A stretch of DNA of 63,810 bases, filler included, from Perkinsus chesapeaki ATCC PRA-425 (lineage: Eukaryota > Protista > Perkinsozoa): assembly GCA_013115145.1 (NCBI GenBank). It is 10 parts of 10 records of this genome, joined end to end, with 100 filler letters (N's around TTAATTAATTAA, not from the genome) between each part and the next. Parts side by side here need not be neighbours in the genome. Positions count along the whole stretch, not along the records: positions 19,570 to 38,271 come from JAAPAO010000656.1; positions 38,372 to 45,528 come from JAAPAO010001044.1; 8 more parts are not named here. The stretch is one strand, 5' to 3'. Both the position numbers and the translations under genes were made by a program. This document shows positions 27,101 through 38,441 of this stretch, piece by piece (the stretch's first letter is position 1; each line of letters begins with the position of its first letter). A model generated the notes under the pieces. It was not told the origin of the DNA. It ran no database searches and saw only the letters and a list, made by a program, of their open reading frames with translations.

Positions 27101-30100
27101 CTTCGCTCCGCTGGAGATTTGCTGCATGTTATCCATTTTTAGTATTTATTGTATTGGCGATTGATGACCAAGTTGACAGTCGAAAGACTGGAAGTGGCGG
27201 GAGAGTCTAAACGGCTCGAGACTGAGGCTACTATGGAAAAGGTATGCAATTTCGTGGCGCGCGAGAAATTCCATGCTGGCTTGTAGTCCACTCTTCGAAG
27301 AGTGCAAGCGCTTGAGGAATCTGTTAGGACCTAACAGTTAGGTCCTAATTTCGTGGCGCGCGGTAATTTGCCGAAGCAAGCATGTTCTCAGCTGTACTAT
27401 TGTGCTAGGGAGGATAGTCGAGAAGCGGATTACACAGGTTGGTTCGAATCGATCATCCGATCGATTTGGATTTCGCGTCGTTTTCAGTGTTATTGGGCTC
27501 GAGGAATCTCGGCGCTCAAGGAGCATAAGACGGCGATTCAGAAACGGAAAACACTTGAGAGGATTCGCCGCGAAATTATCGTTGATGGCGACCGACAGGT
27601 GAGGTTACAAAGAGAATCATTTATAGTGCGAAGCTCGTCTTCGAATAGTGGAAGACATTTGATAGGCTTGCGCACGAGTCATGGCATTGCGTACTGTTAA
27701 ACTTGGACTCGATATTTTCTCACTTCCGTCAAATGAATACGTATTGCTATTCTTGACATTAACATTGTTGTCTGGGCATGTGTCAAACCTGTTGAGGAAA
27801 AGGTGTAGTAACCATCTTCGACTTTTCGAGAAAGAACTCCCGTTTCGAGGCGAGATTTATCCATGTTTCAGTCTATGCGGGCAACTTTCGACCTTTGGCA
27901 TCTAGTTGCTAGAAGGGGTGCTCGCCTCAGTAGTATCCGTAGATCTGGCGCCAATCGAACGGTCCGAACTGTTGTGGCTGCATGGCGAGCAGAAACCAGG
28001 TGAGTCTGTTCGGCCAACGCAAGCAATCGACTATATGTGTTTTCAAGAAAGAAAAATTTCTTGAGAATTTCACATCGTTCCGGTTTTCCCCTTCCACTAT
28101 TAATCAGACCTCCACAATTCCGAGCGTGGAATGCCTACGAGAAAGGGGAGTTGAAATGTTGTAGATTTTAGAGAGGGAAGCTCATACAGTGCGATCGAAG
28201 TTGATTAAAATTGAATATTCCGCGTTATCAGCGGTAGGGCAGCCCAACGAACGTGAACGCACTGTATTACTTTGTAAGAGGCCTTATAAGGCAAGTCGTA
28301 GAAGTGAGTTGAGGACAACTTGCAGATATCCCAACACTGTTTGCAGGATTATTAAGGATTGTTGGAATCAATGATGGTGCCGCCTCGACCAGAATCGATA
28401 TTGCCTGCTGCCAATTACGGTTGCAGGTGCAGAGCTGGGGAGCGCACCCGGAAGGATACGCTGCGACTGTTGAAGACTCGAAGCCATGAAAATATTATGA
28501 GAAACGTTTTGGTGGAATGGCAGCGGAGAGTAAGAGCGTGGCAAATTTTAAGGTCGGCATTTTTCTGGCTCGAACGCTTGGCGATATACGAAAGACACCG
28601 GCCAGGTGTAATACTGAAGTAGGATAGCATAGAAGTATGTTTTTTGGTTCGCGAGGTTGATGAAGAGACAAGGAATGACATTAGGCACTGTGCTGCGAAA
28701 CACTGTTCTAGTAAACCTGTCGAGGTTGAAAATGAAATATCTGAAGGAAAATTTGACGAAAAATCTACAGTTGCTGAGAATGTGTGGCGCACTGTATTTA
28801 ACAACTGTCTGATAGTCAGTACAGATAGAGTTGATTTTTGGAATTGAGATCACCCGGAATTTTCAGGAATTTTCCACCAGAAGGATGAATTTTTCGACTT
28901 TGGTGGGAAACAAATGATAGTAGATTGCATGTGGTGATATAGTAGCATGTTTATACCGATATTACTTGCTCTCAGCTGGCTTATTGGTATTTCGATATAC
29001 ACCGCTCCACACCTCCCCCCGACGGCGATTGCACTGCATTTAAGCTCGAAAATTTTGCCACTTCTTTCACGTCGGTGGTCTTCTTTGTAATTTGTTAAGA
29101 TTCTTCGATTCGGACCATCTGCTTTATAGTATACTTGACATTTTTTATCGGCGCAAGCAGGCTATAGCAGCGGCTGATGGGAGATCAAGCTGGACTTGTT
29201 CGCTAAGAACTCTTCAGTTCTCTTGTGGGCGAGACAAACTCGGCGTGCGCGGTGATCCGTATAGCCTCACGGAAATGAGTTGCTTAGGGCCCTAAAAATC
29301 GTATAAAATGCTGTTGGAAATGGTGTTGGGATTTTTATAAAAGTACCCGGAATCTGAAGACGATTCAACTTCCAATACCTCTCCATTTGAAATTTGTGAA
29401 GTGAAAACTGACTGCATGAGAGCCGTTGAAAGTTGAACCGTCTCTAGATGGTGGGTACTGTATCAAAATCCCCAATTTCAGTTTTCACATTTCCAACATT
29501 TTATACTGAAAATTCACTGTAGCAATTATGTGATAGATGAACAAGCATTCCGTATGGGGACATCTGCATGACACCAGTTGTAATTTAGTGGCGCGCAAGA
29601 AAATAGATCAGATGCTAACGCGGAAGTGCTGGAAAGAAGGGATGATTTCTATGGAAGTTCGAAGAGGGAATCGATTGATGTCCCGAGTTGTGGCTGAGTG
29701 GTTTGAGGTGAGCGCGGGGCGTCGGTGTGATACAAGAGCGAAGTGTCATGGTCTGAATGGAGCAACTGGGATGAGATAGGGGAACGTGCGGATCGCTGTG
29801 AAGGGTATTTATGCAAAGGCATTCAAGGATTTATTTAAGGGGAAATGATAGTCGACCCAGTTGAGACTTCACGATCGATTTGTATCACTTGGAGAAGGTC
29901 AGAGTGTTGCTCAGCTTATCCTACGCTCTATGAGGCGTTGATGTGTCGTTGAGGGTGGGTCATCACGGCGGGGCCCTCAGATATCGATGGACACGACAGC
30001 ACAGCATGAGAGATCGGTGGAAGTGTCAAGGAAGGCTCGTCTTGGGCATATTCTGGTAAGATTGGCAGGATTGTTGAAGTTATGGAGACGCTATTGCAGC

Positions 30101-33100
30101 TCAAATAAAATATTTTTTGGTGCCCTAGTGTGAGAAGATAGCTGTTGACCCTCAGTGACCTCCTGCTGTCGAAGTGCAATAAGAATCTAGTGCAGTGGTC
30201 GCACTTAGTGTCGTAACGGCGGTGTGCCTCGTTACTGACACTTCCTCTCGAACTCGGCAAGGTCTCTGCTCCGACTGAGTCTGTTTCAGGCTACTTGGCT
30301 CCGTGTGGCGCATCGCAATCGCCTCGATCGCCGTAATGAGGAGATCTGCCGGCGGTATTGCCGTCAGCAGAATTCAGCAAATCTAAGGTAGGTTATTTCA
30401 CTAGGTAGATAACACTTTCGCATTTTTTATGTGAATTTTTCGTGGTTTTTAACGGTCACGTTCGGGCCCTGAGAATCAGGGAGTCATCTAGCTACATAAG
30501 AGTCTACACCTCGTGGATTGGAAAGTGTTACCGATGCGGAGGAGATACGACGAAAATTTCGAAAATATGTTCCTAGATGAGAAGGCAATATGCTTTTCTA
30601 TGATCACCAGCTGGGAATCGAAGAACGCTTGTGAATTTCAGGCGCTTTTTGGTGGTATGGAGAAGCCACCTGATAGGGCTGAAAGAGACGGTGCGAGCTT
30701 TACAAAGGGTTCTTAACAGTCGACACACGTGGGTGTTGATGAAATGGAAAATGTAAGAAAATAGCCTTCGCCGGGGTTCGAACCCAGCTCCTCGTACATT
30801 CATATTTGAACTGATATCGATGTAATTGCGCTCTTCGAGACTTACTCTAGCACTGGCTTCTCAGACGTTATGAAACACCGCCTTCAGCAGTTAGGCCTCA
30901 TGCACATTTGCACCGGAAAAAACGAACACACTTTCCGATGGAGAAATTCACGGAGATTCATAATATTTATGTCGCACAGTTTAGAACATTTCTTGACCGT
31001 AAATCTCGCTGAGGAAAACTAATATCTGCCCTGTTCCAGGGCCAATAAGATGACCGCCGTACAGGATTTCCTACTGGGACGGCGTGCTCCCGTTTCGGTG
31101 TTGTATTTCCGAAACCTTCTTAACAGGTGGATGATCCAAGACAAAATCACGAACCAAATCGGCGAAGTTTTGAAGAGGAAAAAAGATACTTCGAGAGTGG
31201 CTTTGCTGCAGTGGAAAACGTACGCAATAATTTTGTGACGCCGTGACGAGATTGTGTGTATCACAGATGGCGACAAGGACGATCGATTGCAGCGGGCCGT
31301 GCGCTGATGGTTGATGCTATCTTGAACAGAGAAACGTATAGATTGGTTAATGAGGTGAGGCCCGGGGTAAGGTAATCTCGTGGCGCGTTTTCTGACATTC
31401 AGGTCTTATATGGTTGGAAGTGTGAATGTTTGAAATCTGCGTTGTTGCTAAGAGTAGCGAAGGTGAGTTTAATTTCGTGGCGCAGCGGTAATTTTGTCTC
31501 TTAGGAACTGATTCATCGTCGAGAAATGGTGTATCTACGCAAAGGCTTTCATGGCCTTAAACAGGAAGGGACGAGGTAGGGCTGCCGTTCACGGGAAGAG
31601 TCACGCGCCATGAAATTATCCGGCTTTCTCGCTTAGTAGGCCAAGATTTTACTAAGTCAGCTTTTTGTAACTCAGAGTCGACCGAGCGAGGAACTTCCTT
31701 CTTTTTCGTCCATTTACAGGTAAACTTCCGTGCTCCCGGATTTAGGTTGCGTTTCGGTTGTCGCCGTTTGTGTGCTGCTGTCTCCTCCGCATTACATCGC
31801 AGAGGTTGGTGGATGCTATGGGAACTCCTGCTGCATTCCAGGGACGAGGCTATACAGTAGGTTAGGAGTCACGCGCCACGAAATAGAGCCTCTTTTAGAT
31901 GCTATGAAGTTAGTCGAATGAAGAGCTTGCTGAGACTGTCTTGCCGAAGAACTTTACGGCGATATCTGATCGAGTGGAAAAATGTGAGCTTTCGTCGCGG
32001 GTGGGTGCTGGGATGTTTCCTAGGTGGTAATGAAGTCTCACGAGCGATTGGGGAGATTGAAGCTTATCCTGGGGGAGTGGACAGAAGATGGCATCGTGAG
32101 GACCTGTTTGAAGGGATGGAAGAACATGTTGATATATAGACGACAGGAACTGGCAAAAGTGAGAATCTGCCGCACTCAGTTGAATCGTTCAAGTTTGCGT
32201 GGTAGAGAACACTGAGCTCTAAGAGGTTGCACAAAACCGATCGAGCTTGCGAGATTTATTAAAAATTCACCGAAAAGTATTTACAAATATATTTATTCAC
32301 TGAAGTGTCGACGATAACATGCATATATTTTAACCGCTGTCTGTTAATTTATTGTTTATGTATAAATGCCGTGAGTGGGGATAGAACCTGCGTGTGTTTA
32401 CTAAACACTGTTTAGATAGAATTGCTGAGCCTCATGGAAAAGCATGTTGGAATGGTCGAAAGAACGAAGGTGAGGAATCTTTCCATGCGATATTCAAATC
32501 ACACGAGTCAGGCGCGAAAGATCCTCTACAGCAGCGTAATTTCGTGGCGCGCGGTTTCTCATCATAAGGCATGCTTAAGAAAGCAGCAAGATATTTGGTG
32601 AGCGTCCGCCTCGGCATCCTGGCCATTTGTTATCAACAGTGTTGCTCACTTCACCTCTCTCCGCTGTGGCCAAGCGTTTCGTCAATGGGTCAAGGCAACA
32701 GGCGAAGTTAGTCGATATAAGGAAGGTCTTAAACGAGAACAAAGAAGCCTTTTACGGAGCACTGTAAGGTTAGGATAACCCTTGACGGTTAGGCTACTGT
32801 ATAAGATCTCTGTGAGTAATGCTCATTATCTCAAACTTGTACTCAATGTCCGCCTAAGATTTCTGTGGTGAGGTGAGGCGCTATTCCTGGGGAAAACAGA
32901 TGAATTAGTTTAGGCCAATGAATTAATAGCGTAAAATTCCCACTCGTATGTCATCCTTCGCCTTTTCATTGCTATTAGGTCATCGCCTGGTTCAAAATCT
33001 CGATTTCCGCTCAGCGCCTTCGATACCATGTCGAATATTTGGTAAGAACCCAAGCAGTGATATGGTCGTATTTTTATGTCTCAGGTTCGATCCCGGCACA

Positions 33101-34510
33101 TTACATTTTTATCGGCATGGCGCAATATAGCGCTCACCGGTCGTCGCACTAGAATTGCAGGAACCACTGCAGGCGCCTTGTCTCTGCAGGCTTTGGTAAG
33201 GATTGGCGTACTTCTACGAGTCCGTGATGCTTGCTCAGGTTCACCGTCGGTTGCGTGCTGGTATGTATTGCCTCCGCGACGGTTATAATCGTTCGTCCAA
33301 ACGAAGCTTGCTGATGCTCAGTGTCCTATCAACTATCAGTGATAAGGCTTTAATGAAAGAATATTTCCGGAGTTAAACCGATCGAAAATCCGAAAACATG
33401 CAGCGCTTCGCTCCGCTCAGGGTGGGCGTTGAAGATCACGCACAGTGGTGACAATGATGGAAAAGCAGATTCGGAAAGACGCTTTATCCTGAGCAGTCTG
33501 ATGCTGAAATGGAGAAGTCTTGTCGGGCATCTCTCCCGTCTGTTGTTTCGCTCATCGAACTTTAGGCTCATCGCAGACGCTTTGGCTTCCGGCTTCTCAC
33601 CGAGGCTTTGGTACGGCGACAAAAGAAGATTATTTCCCTCGCTGTGTGAGCATGATACTTTGTTTTCGCACTATGCAGAATATTCAAGATACCATTGGAA
33701 GGAGTCTTGGCACGCTATCTGTTCTGACGACAGAGATGAAAGACTCCTTTCCCATTTGAGCGCATTGCGAACGCGGTCCATTTCACGAGCCGCACTGTTG
33801 CGATGGCACCACTGTAAGCGCGACTATGATTGCTTGAGACTGATCACTTCTCAGATTCGCGTTTTGTCCGACTGTCATGCGAAGCGTTGGTGTCGAGTAT
33901 TAACTCGCGTCTTATCAAGCCTCAACTCAACGGTGCATTCCGAACGGTCTTCTCGACCCGCGTTGTCGATCTACTTGTTGTGCAGTCAACTTTGGAGAGG
34001 ATAGCCTCCACAGCAGACTCATCTGTTCTGAGGTGCGCATCAGTCCGATACTTCTGCTGAGGCAGTAAAGTTCGTTTCGTGAAGAACTTTTACAATTGCA
34101 CTGGAAGTCAAGCATGACATTGGATCATGTGAAATTCACACTGTGAATCAAACGTCGTAAATGGCTAAGTCAAGCTACCGAATCTATATGCATCTTCCGA
34201 GAGGGTTTTACGCCTACACTGCTGCTCATCTGTTTTTGTAACTATCGGAGCTATCAAAGCGAATGATATCAGATACACCTTCATGGCATGGCGGTATCTC
34301 GAACGGGATCGGGATGATAGGTTGAAAAGAAGTTTATACAACGCCAAGAGGAAGCTGGAGCTTAAATGCTTCTCTCAGTGGTGGAAGGCAACCAAACGCG
34401 GGAAAGTAGTCGAGCGCACGCGTGCAGATAATTTGTGTCGTATGTCCCTGTCAGGACTTACCATGTCGAGCCCTTCTCGGCAAGCTGATCTGCGGCAGAG
34501 ATAACTATAT
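24156..34510 (+). CDS. Long multi-exon Sfi1-like protein (Trp-spaced centrin-binding-type repeats); boundaries approximate
   Basis: Many short exons carry the pattern L/A...F/L..W + basic residues: RQCLISWRTF, QSAFVQWRRCL, GSCFNKWLASW, RNVLVEWQRRV, SRVVAEWFE, RNLLNRWM, RVALLQWKT, RRYLIEWKN, SSLMLKWRSL, LKCFSQWWKA. Confidence 0.55.
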
Positions 34511-34822
34511 TATTGACAAAGTATTCTATTGTGACACTTGTCTATATGACCGTTTCATTGTTAACTCTAATAAGACTATTTCCCATACATCTTGGCGATC
34601 CGTAAGAACACAACAGCTAGCTTTATGGTGTCTACTTGGGTACTTATGATGAACCAAGAGGCAATTCTTTGAAATTACTAAGATCAGATGACAGAAAAAC
34701 AAATAATCTTGCTAATAGTCATTCATCTAGAACGACATCACAGAGAGATATAAGGAAACAATCAACACTTGAGCTCAAACACTGCGGATACAGTTGTTGT
34801 GCAGTCGCATTAGACTTGACAA

Positions 34823-36640
34823 CTAGCAGCTGCACGCAATGGTAGTGCCCGAGCAGACGCTTGGAGTCTGCCATGACTTACAGTAACTGCCGGCTTCAAT
34901 TGAGTTACAGAAATTATCACACTGTAGACCAGATTCAGTAGTGGTACTTATCTGCGAACTACCAGAAGTGGTAGGATACTCGGTTGTATGAGAGCTTTTA
35001 GTGGTAGTAAAATCCTCATCACAACTGCATGGTAGATCAGTCTCTGAGCATTTGCTAGGAGTCTGCCAATACTTGCAATAAGTACCAGACCATACAGAGT
35101 CACAATAAGCGTTACCAGAAGCACAGTAACCCGTAGCTTCAGTAGTGCTTTCAGACGACTCGGTAGTAGTCGAGACAACAGACTCAGTTGTAGAAGCCTC
35201 CGTAGTAGTTACATCAGAAGGCTTAGTTGTAGTTTCTGGTTCGGTTGAAGGGGAAGTCGTAGTCTGAACGGGACCTTCAGTAGTAGAGGCGCCGCAAGAA
35301 CAAGGTGAACCATTTCCAAAGCATGTGCTAGGAGTCTCCCAATACTTGCAATAACTGCCAGCTGATATCGATGAACAGTAAGCATCACAAGTAAGAGAAC
35401 TCTCAGTAGTCGTCTCTGGGACCTCCGTAGTAACAGCCTCGGTGGTGGTGGTCTCTACAGGCTCCGTAGTAACAGCCTCGGTGGTGGTGGTCTCTACAGG
35501 CTCCGTAGTAACAGCCTCGGTGGTGGTAGTCTCTACAGGCTCCGTAGTAACAGCCTCGGTAGTGGTGGTCTCAACTGCCTCGGTGGTAGTACCAATAGTT
35601 GTCGTGACCGGTGAACCCGTAGTCACAGAAGGACATTGGCACCAACCAAGGAAACGGAAGTCAACTTGAGAGTTATAATCTTGCATGACAATCTGATTAT
35701 TATTAGGAGTGAAGTTAACCAAGTTACCTTTACTTGAAGTACATATTTGATTATCACCCATACCACAACCACATCCACCAGCGTAAAGCTCACCCTGAGC
35801 AGTAGGATCATTTAAAGGCTTTCTATAAACCGCATCTTGACCATGTCTATAATATAGATAATTATCAGGAGTAATGGTAAATCCTTCAGTACCGGGTATG
35901 CCAAGATTGACATACATACTGGTAGCTTGATAAGAGAATGGTAACCACGCAGTAACACCAGTATCAACACGGATGTACATATATGGTGCCAAATAACGAA
36001 TACTAGTAGGACTGTTTAGACCTTGTGGGCTATCGTATGGAACACCTTTAATGAACTCGTTATTAGGGAGTTTAACTTGAGAACCAGCAACCCATCCAAG
36101 AGTCTTAAATCCAGTACCATAGGGAATACGCTCAAAACCAAATACAGCATTGAATTTATTGGCAGTAACATATATCCTATTATCTTCAGGAACATAAGTA
36201 AGACCAGTATAATCCAAAGCTGAATTAGCATTAGCAATGACTCTAATACTATTATAGACTTGAGTATTGATTACTACTACTCTTTGCTGACTAATAGCAT
36301 AAACTTCAGAACCATCAGGATTAGCTTGCATATCAGTAATTGAATGCTCAGCTAATACCTCATAAGATGATAAATCACATGAGGTTCTCCATAATCTTGT
36401 TTTACCATCAGAATCAGTACCAGCGATATACCAACGACCAGCATTATCAAAGCTATATGCCATAACATTAACATCACCCATTGGAAGCATATTAGGATAA
36501 TCTTCTCTATCAACCGAGCAGAAATCCTTCGAGCATTCTCCAGATTTCATCATCATACCTCTTAGAGAGGCTTGGGCATCATTAGCAGCAGCGCTCACGG
36601 CCACCGATAGGAGCGAAGCGAAGATGGCAAATGCTCTCAT
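34823..36640 (-). CDS. Secreted intronless protein, 605 aa: signal peptide, beta-rich (NHL/propeller-like) domain, Thr-rich linkers, three 6-Cys modules
   Basis: Complete ORF. Hydrophobic N-terminus MRAFAIFASLLSVAVSAAA. Repeated module C..YC.....GSYCK(Y/S)W(Q/E).PS.C......C.C. Confidence 0.85.
   Translation of the reverse strand: MRAFAIFASLLSVAVSAAANDAQASLRGMMMKSGECSKDFCSVDREDYPNMLPMGDVNVMAYSFDNAGRWYIAGTDSDGKTRLWRTSCDLSSYEVLAEHSITDMQANPDGSEVYAISQQRVVVINTQVYNSIRVIANANSALDYTGLTYVPEDNRIYVTANKFNAVFGFERIPYGTGFKTLGWVAGSQVKLPNNEFIKGVPYDSPQGLNSPTSIRYLAPYMYIRVDTGVTAWLPFSYQATSMYVNLGIPGTEGFTITPDNYLYYRHGQDAVYRKPLNDPTAQGELYAGGCGCGMGDNQICTSSKGNLVNFTPNNNQIVMQDYNSQVDFRFLGWCQCPSVTTGSPVTTTIGTTTEAVETTTTEAVTTEPVETTTTEAVTTEPVETTTTEAVTTEPVETTTTEAVTTEVPETTTESSLTCDAYCSSISAGSYCKYWETPSTCFGNGSPCSCGASTTEGPVQTTTSPSTEPETTTKPSDVTTTEASTTESVVSTTTESSESTTEATGYCASGNAYCDSVWSGTYCKYWQTPSKCSETDLPCSCDEDFTTTKSSHTTEYPTTSGSSQISTTTESGLQCDNFCNSIEAGSYCKSWQTPSVCSGTTIACSC
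35423..35578 (-). repeat. 39-bp coding tandem repeat, about 4 copies (TTTEAVTTEPVET)
   Basis: CTCCGTAGTAACAGCCTCGGTGGTGGTGGTCTCTACAGG iterated on the + strand. Confidence 0.9.
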
Positions 36641-37246
36641 TTACCTTAAAAAAGATCCTAAAATAAACCGTTGAATTAGATCATAAAGACAGTACAGCGC
36701 TAGATACTTCGGAGTTGCGATCACTAGCTTAGTGGCTCCATGGAGCAAGCACGCTTATTGTGCTTACTTGGAGCGCTGTGTTACCAACCCATAACAGAAG
36801 CTCCATTCGATTGTGTCGTGCATACTTTGTGTGTGGAGCCCTTAATACCACTACCCCTTTTTTCTATTTACGTTAACGATTGTCCTTGCTGCTCGTACAG
36901 ACACTCTTCACCCGCGAATTTCAGGCGTTTTGCTATAGTTTTTCGCCTCTTATCTGCTTACACTTGTACGCTGGCAATTTGAGAGAAGCATCGGTTCGCG
37001 CTCAACTGCATCTTGACGGTGCGAACACCCTTACTTTCACCAGCTTACATACTGAATCACCCAGTATCAGGACCACTCATTCCCGCACTACTCTTCAACG
37101 CAAGACAAGTGAATTGTTTACATTGTAGACAACAATACTGCGTTATACATAATCTGGTCGCATATGTCTATGGAAAGACAGGCGCCTATAGAGAACTGAT
37201 TCAAAGACTAAGTACTGCCATCGTTTTAAGTGTTTGGGAATTGATT

Positions 37247-38271
37247 CTATACAATACATTCGCACGGCTTATTCGAACCTGAGCAAACGCTTGGGATCTG
37301 CCAGTATTTGCAGTAGCTGCCAGTCATGATCGATGCGCAATAAGCGTCACAGGTTAGGTCACTTGTAGGGGTTGTCTGTGTCGTGGTGGTAGCTTCTTGA
37401 GCAGTCGTAGTGGCTCCGGTTGTTGATACTGTTGAAGCAGTAGTCGTAGCAGCCCCGCAGGTACAGTGGGCATTAGTCACTGAGCAAACGCTCGGAATAC
37501 CCCAGTACTTGCAATAGGAGCCTTCCCTCAAGGAACTGCAATATGCATCACCCGCAGCACAGGTAGCTCCAGCTGATGTAGACACACTCGTAGTCTCGTG
37601 GGCAACAGTTGTTGTGCTTACCGGGGTCATCGTTGTAGAGCTCTCGCCACAGGTGCATGCCATACCATTACCTTGGCAAACGCTTGGGATCTGCCAGTAC
37701 TTGCAGTAGCTGCCCGGCGTGATTGAAGCACAGTAGGCATCGCAGTGCTCGCTACTGCTCGTCGAGAACCAGGTCGAAGTTGCTGGCGAAGTGACAGTAG
37801 TAGAGCTTTGAGTAGTCGTTTGAGGTTCGGTTGTAGAGGCCGAGGTGGTCTTGATCTCGGAGGTTGTTGGTTCAGTTCTTGTCGTAGTGGATTGCTCCGT
37901 CGTAGCAGTAGTAGTTTCCACTCCGGCAGTAGTATGGGAAGTAGTTGTAGTAGTAGATGGCTTACACGGACAGAATCCCAAGAAACGGAAGTTGACCTCG
38001 TCGTTGTAGTCTTGCATCACAAGCTGGCCGCTGCTACTACCATCAGGCGTATAGTACACCAGGTTACCGTAGCCAGCAGTGCAAACTTGATTATCGTTCA
38101 TACCGCATCCACAACCACCAGCATATAGTTCACCCTGAGCAGTCGGGTCGTCCAATGGCTTCCTGTACACAGCATCACCACCATGCCTATAGTAAAGGTA
38201 GTTATCAGGCGCCACAGTGAAATCTTCATCACCAGAAATTCCCAAACCGGTATACATCATGGGGGTCTGAT
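37247..38271 (-). CDS. Tandem paralogue of the 34823-36640 secreted protein, 5'-truncated by the contig edge
   Basis: PDNYLYYRHG.DAVYRKPL.DPTAQGELYAGGCGCGM is shared with the neighbour, as are the Thr linkers and three 6-Cys modules. Confidence 0.85.
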
Positions 38272-38371
38272 NNNNNNNNNNNNNNNNNNNNNNNNNNNNN
38301 NNNNNNNNNNNNNNNTTAATTAATTAANNNNNNNNNNNNNNNNNNNNNNNNNNNNNNNNNNNNNNNNNNNN
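38272..38371. other. Artificial contig linker
   Basis: 44 N + TTAATTAATTAA + 44 N. Confidence 0.99.
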
Positions 38372-38441
38372 CCGCTAGCTCAGTAGGCAGAGCGTGTGGC
38401 TGTTAACCACAAGGTCGGTGGTTCGAACCCATCGTGGAGCG
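38372..38441 (+). tRNA. trnN: tRNA-Asn(GUU); first 3 nt cut off by the contig edge
   Basis: D-arm GCTC...GAGC; anticodon arm TGTGG-CTGTTAA-CCACA; T-arm GGTGG-TTCGAAC-CCATC; 3' acceptor GTGGAGC-G. Confidence 0.9.
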
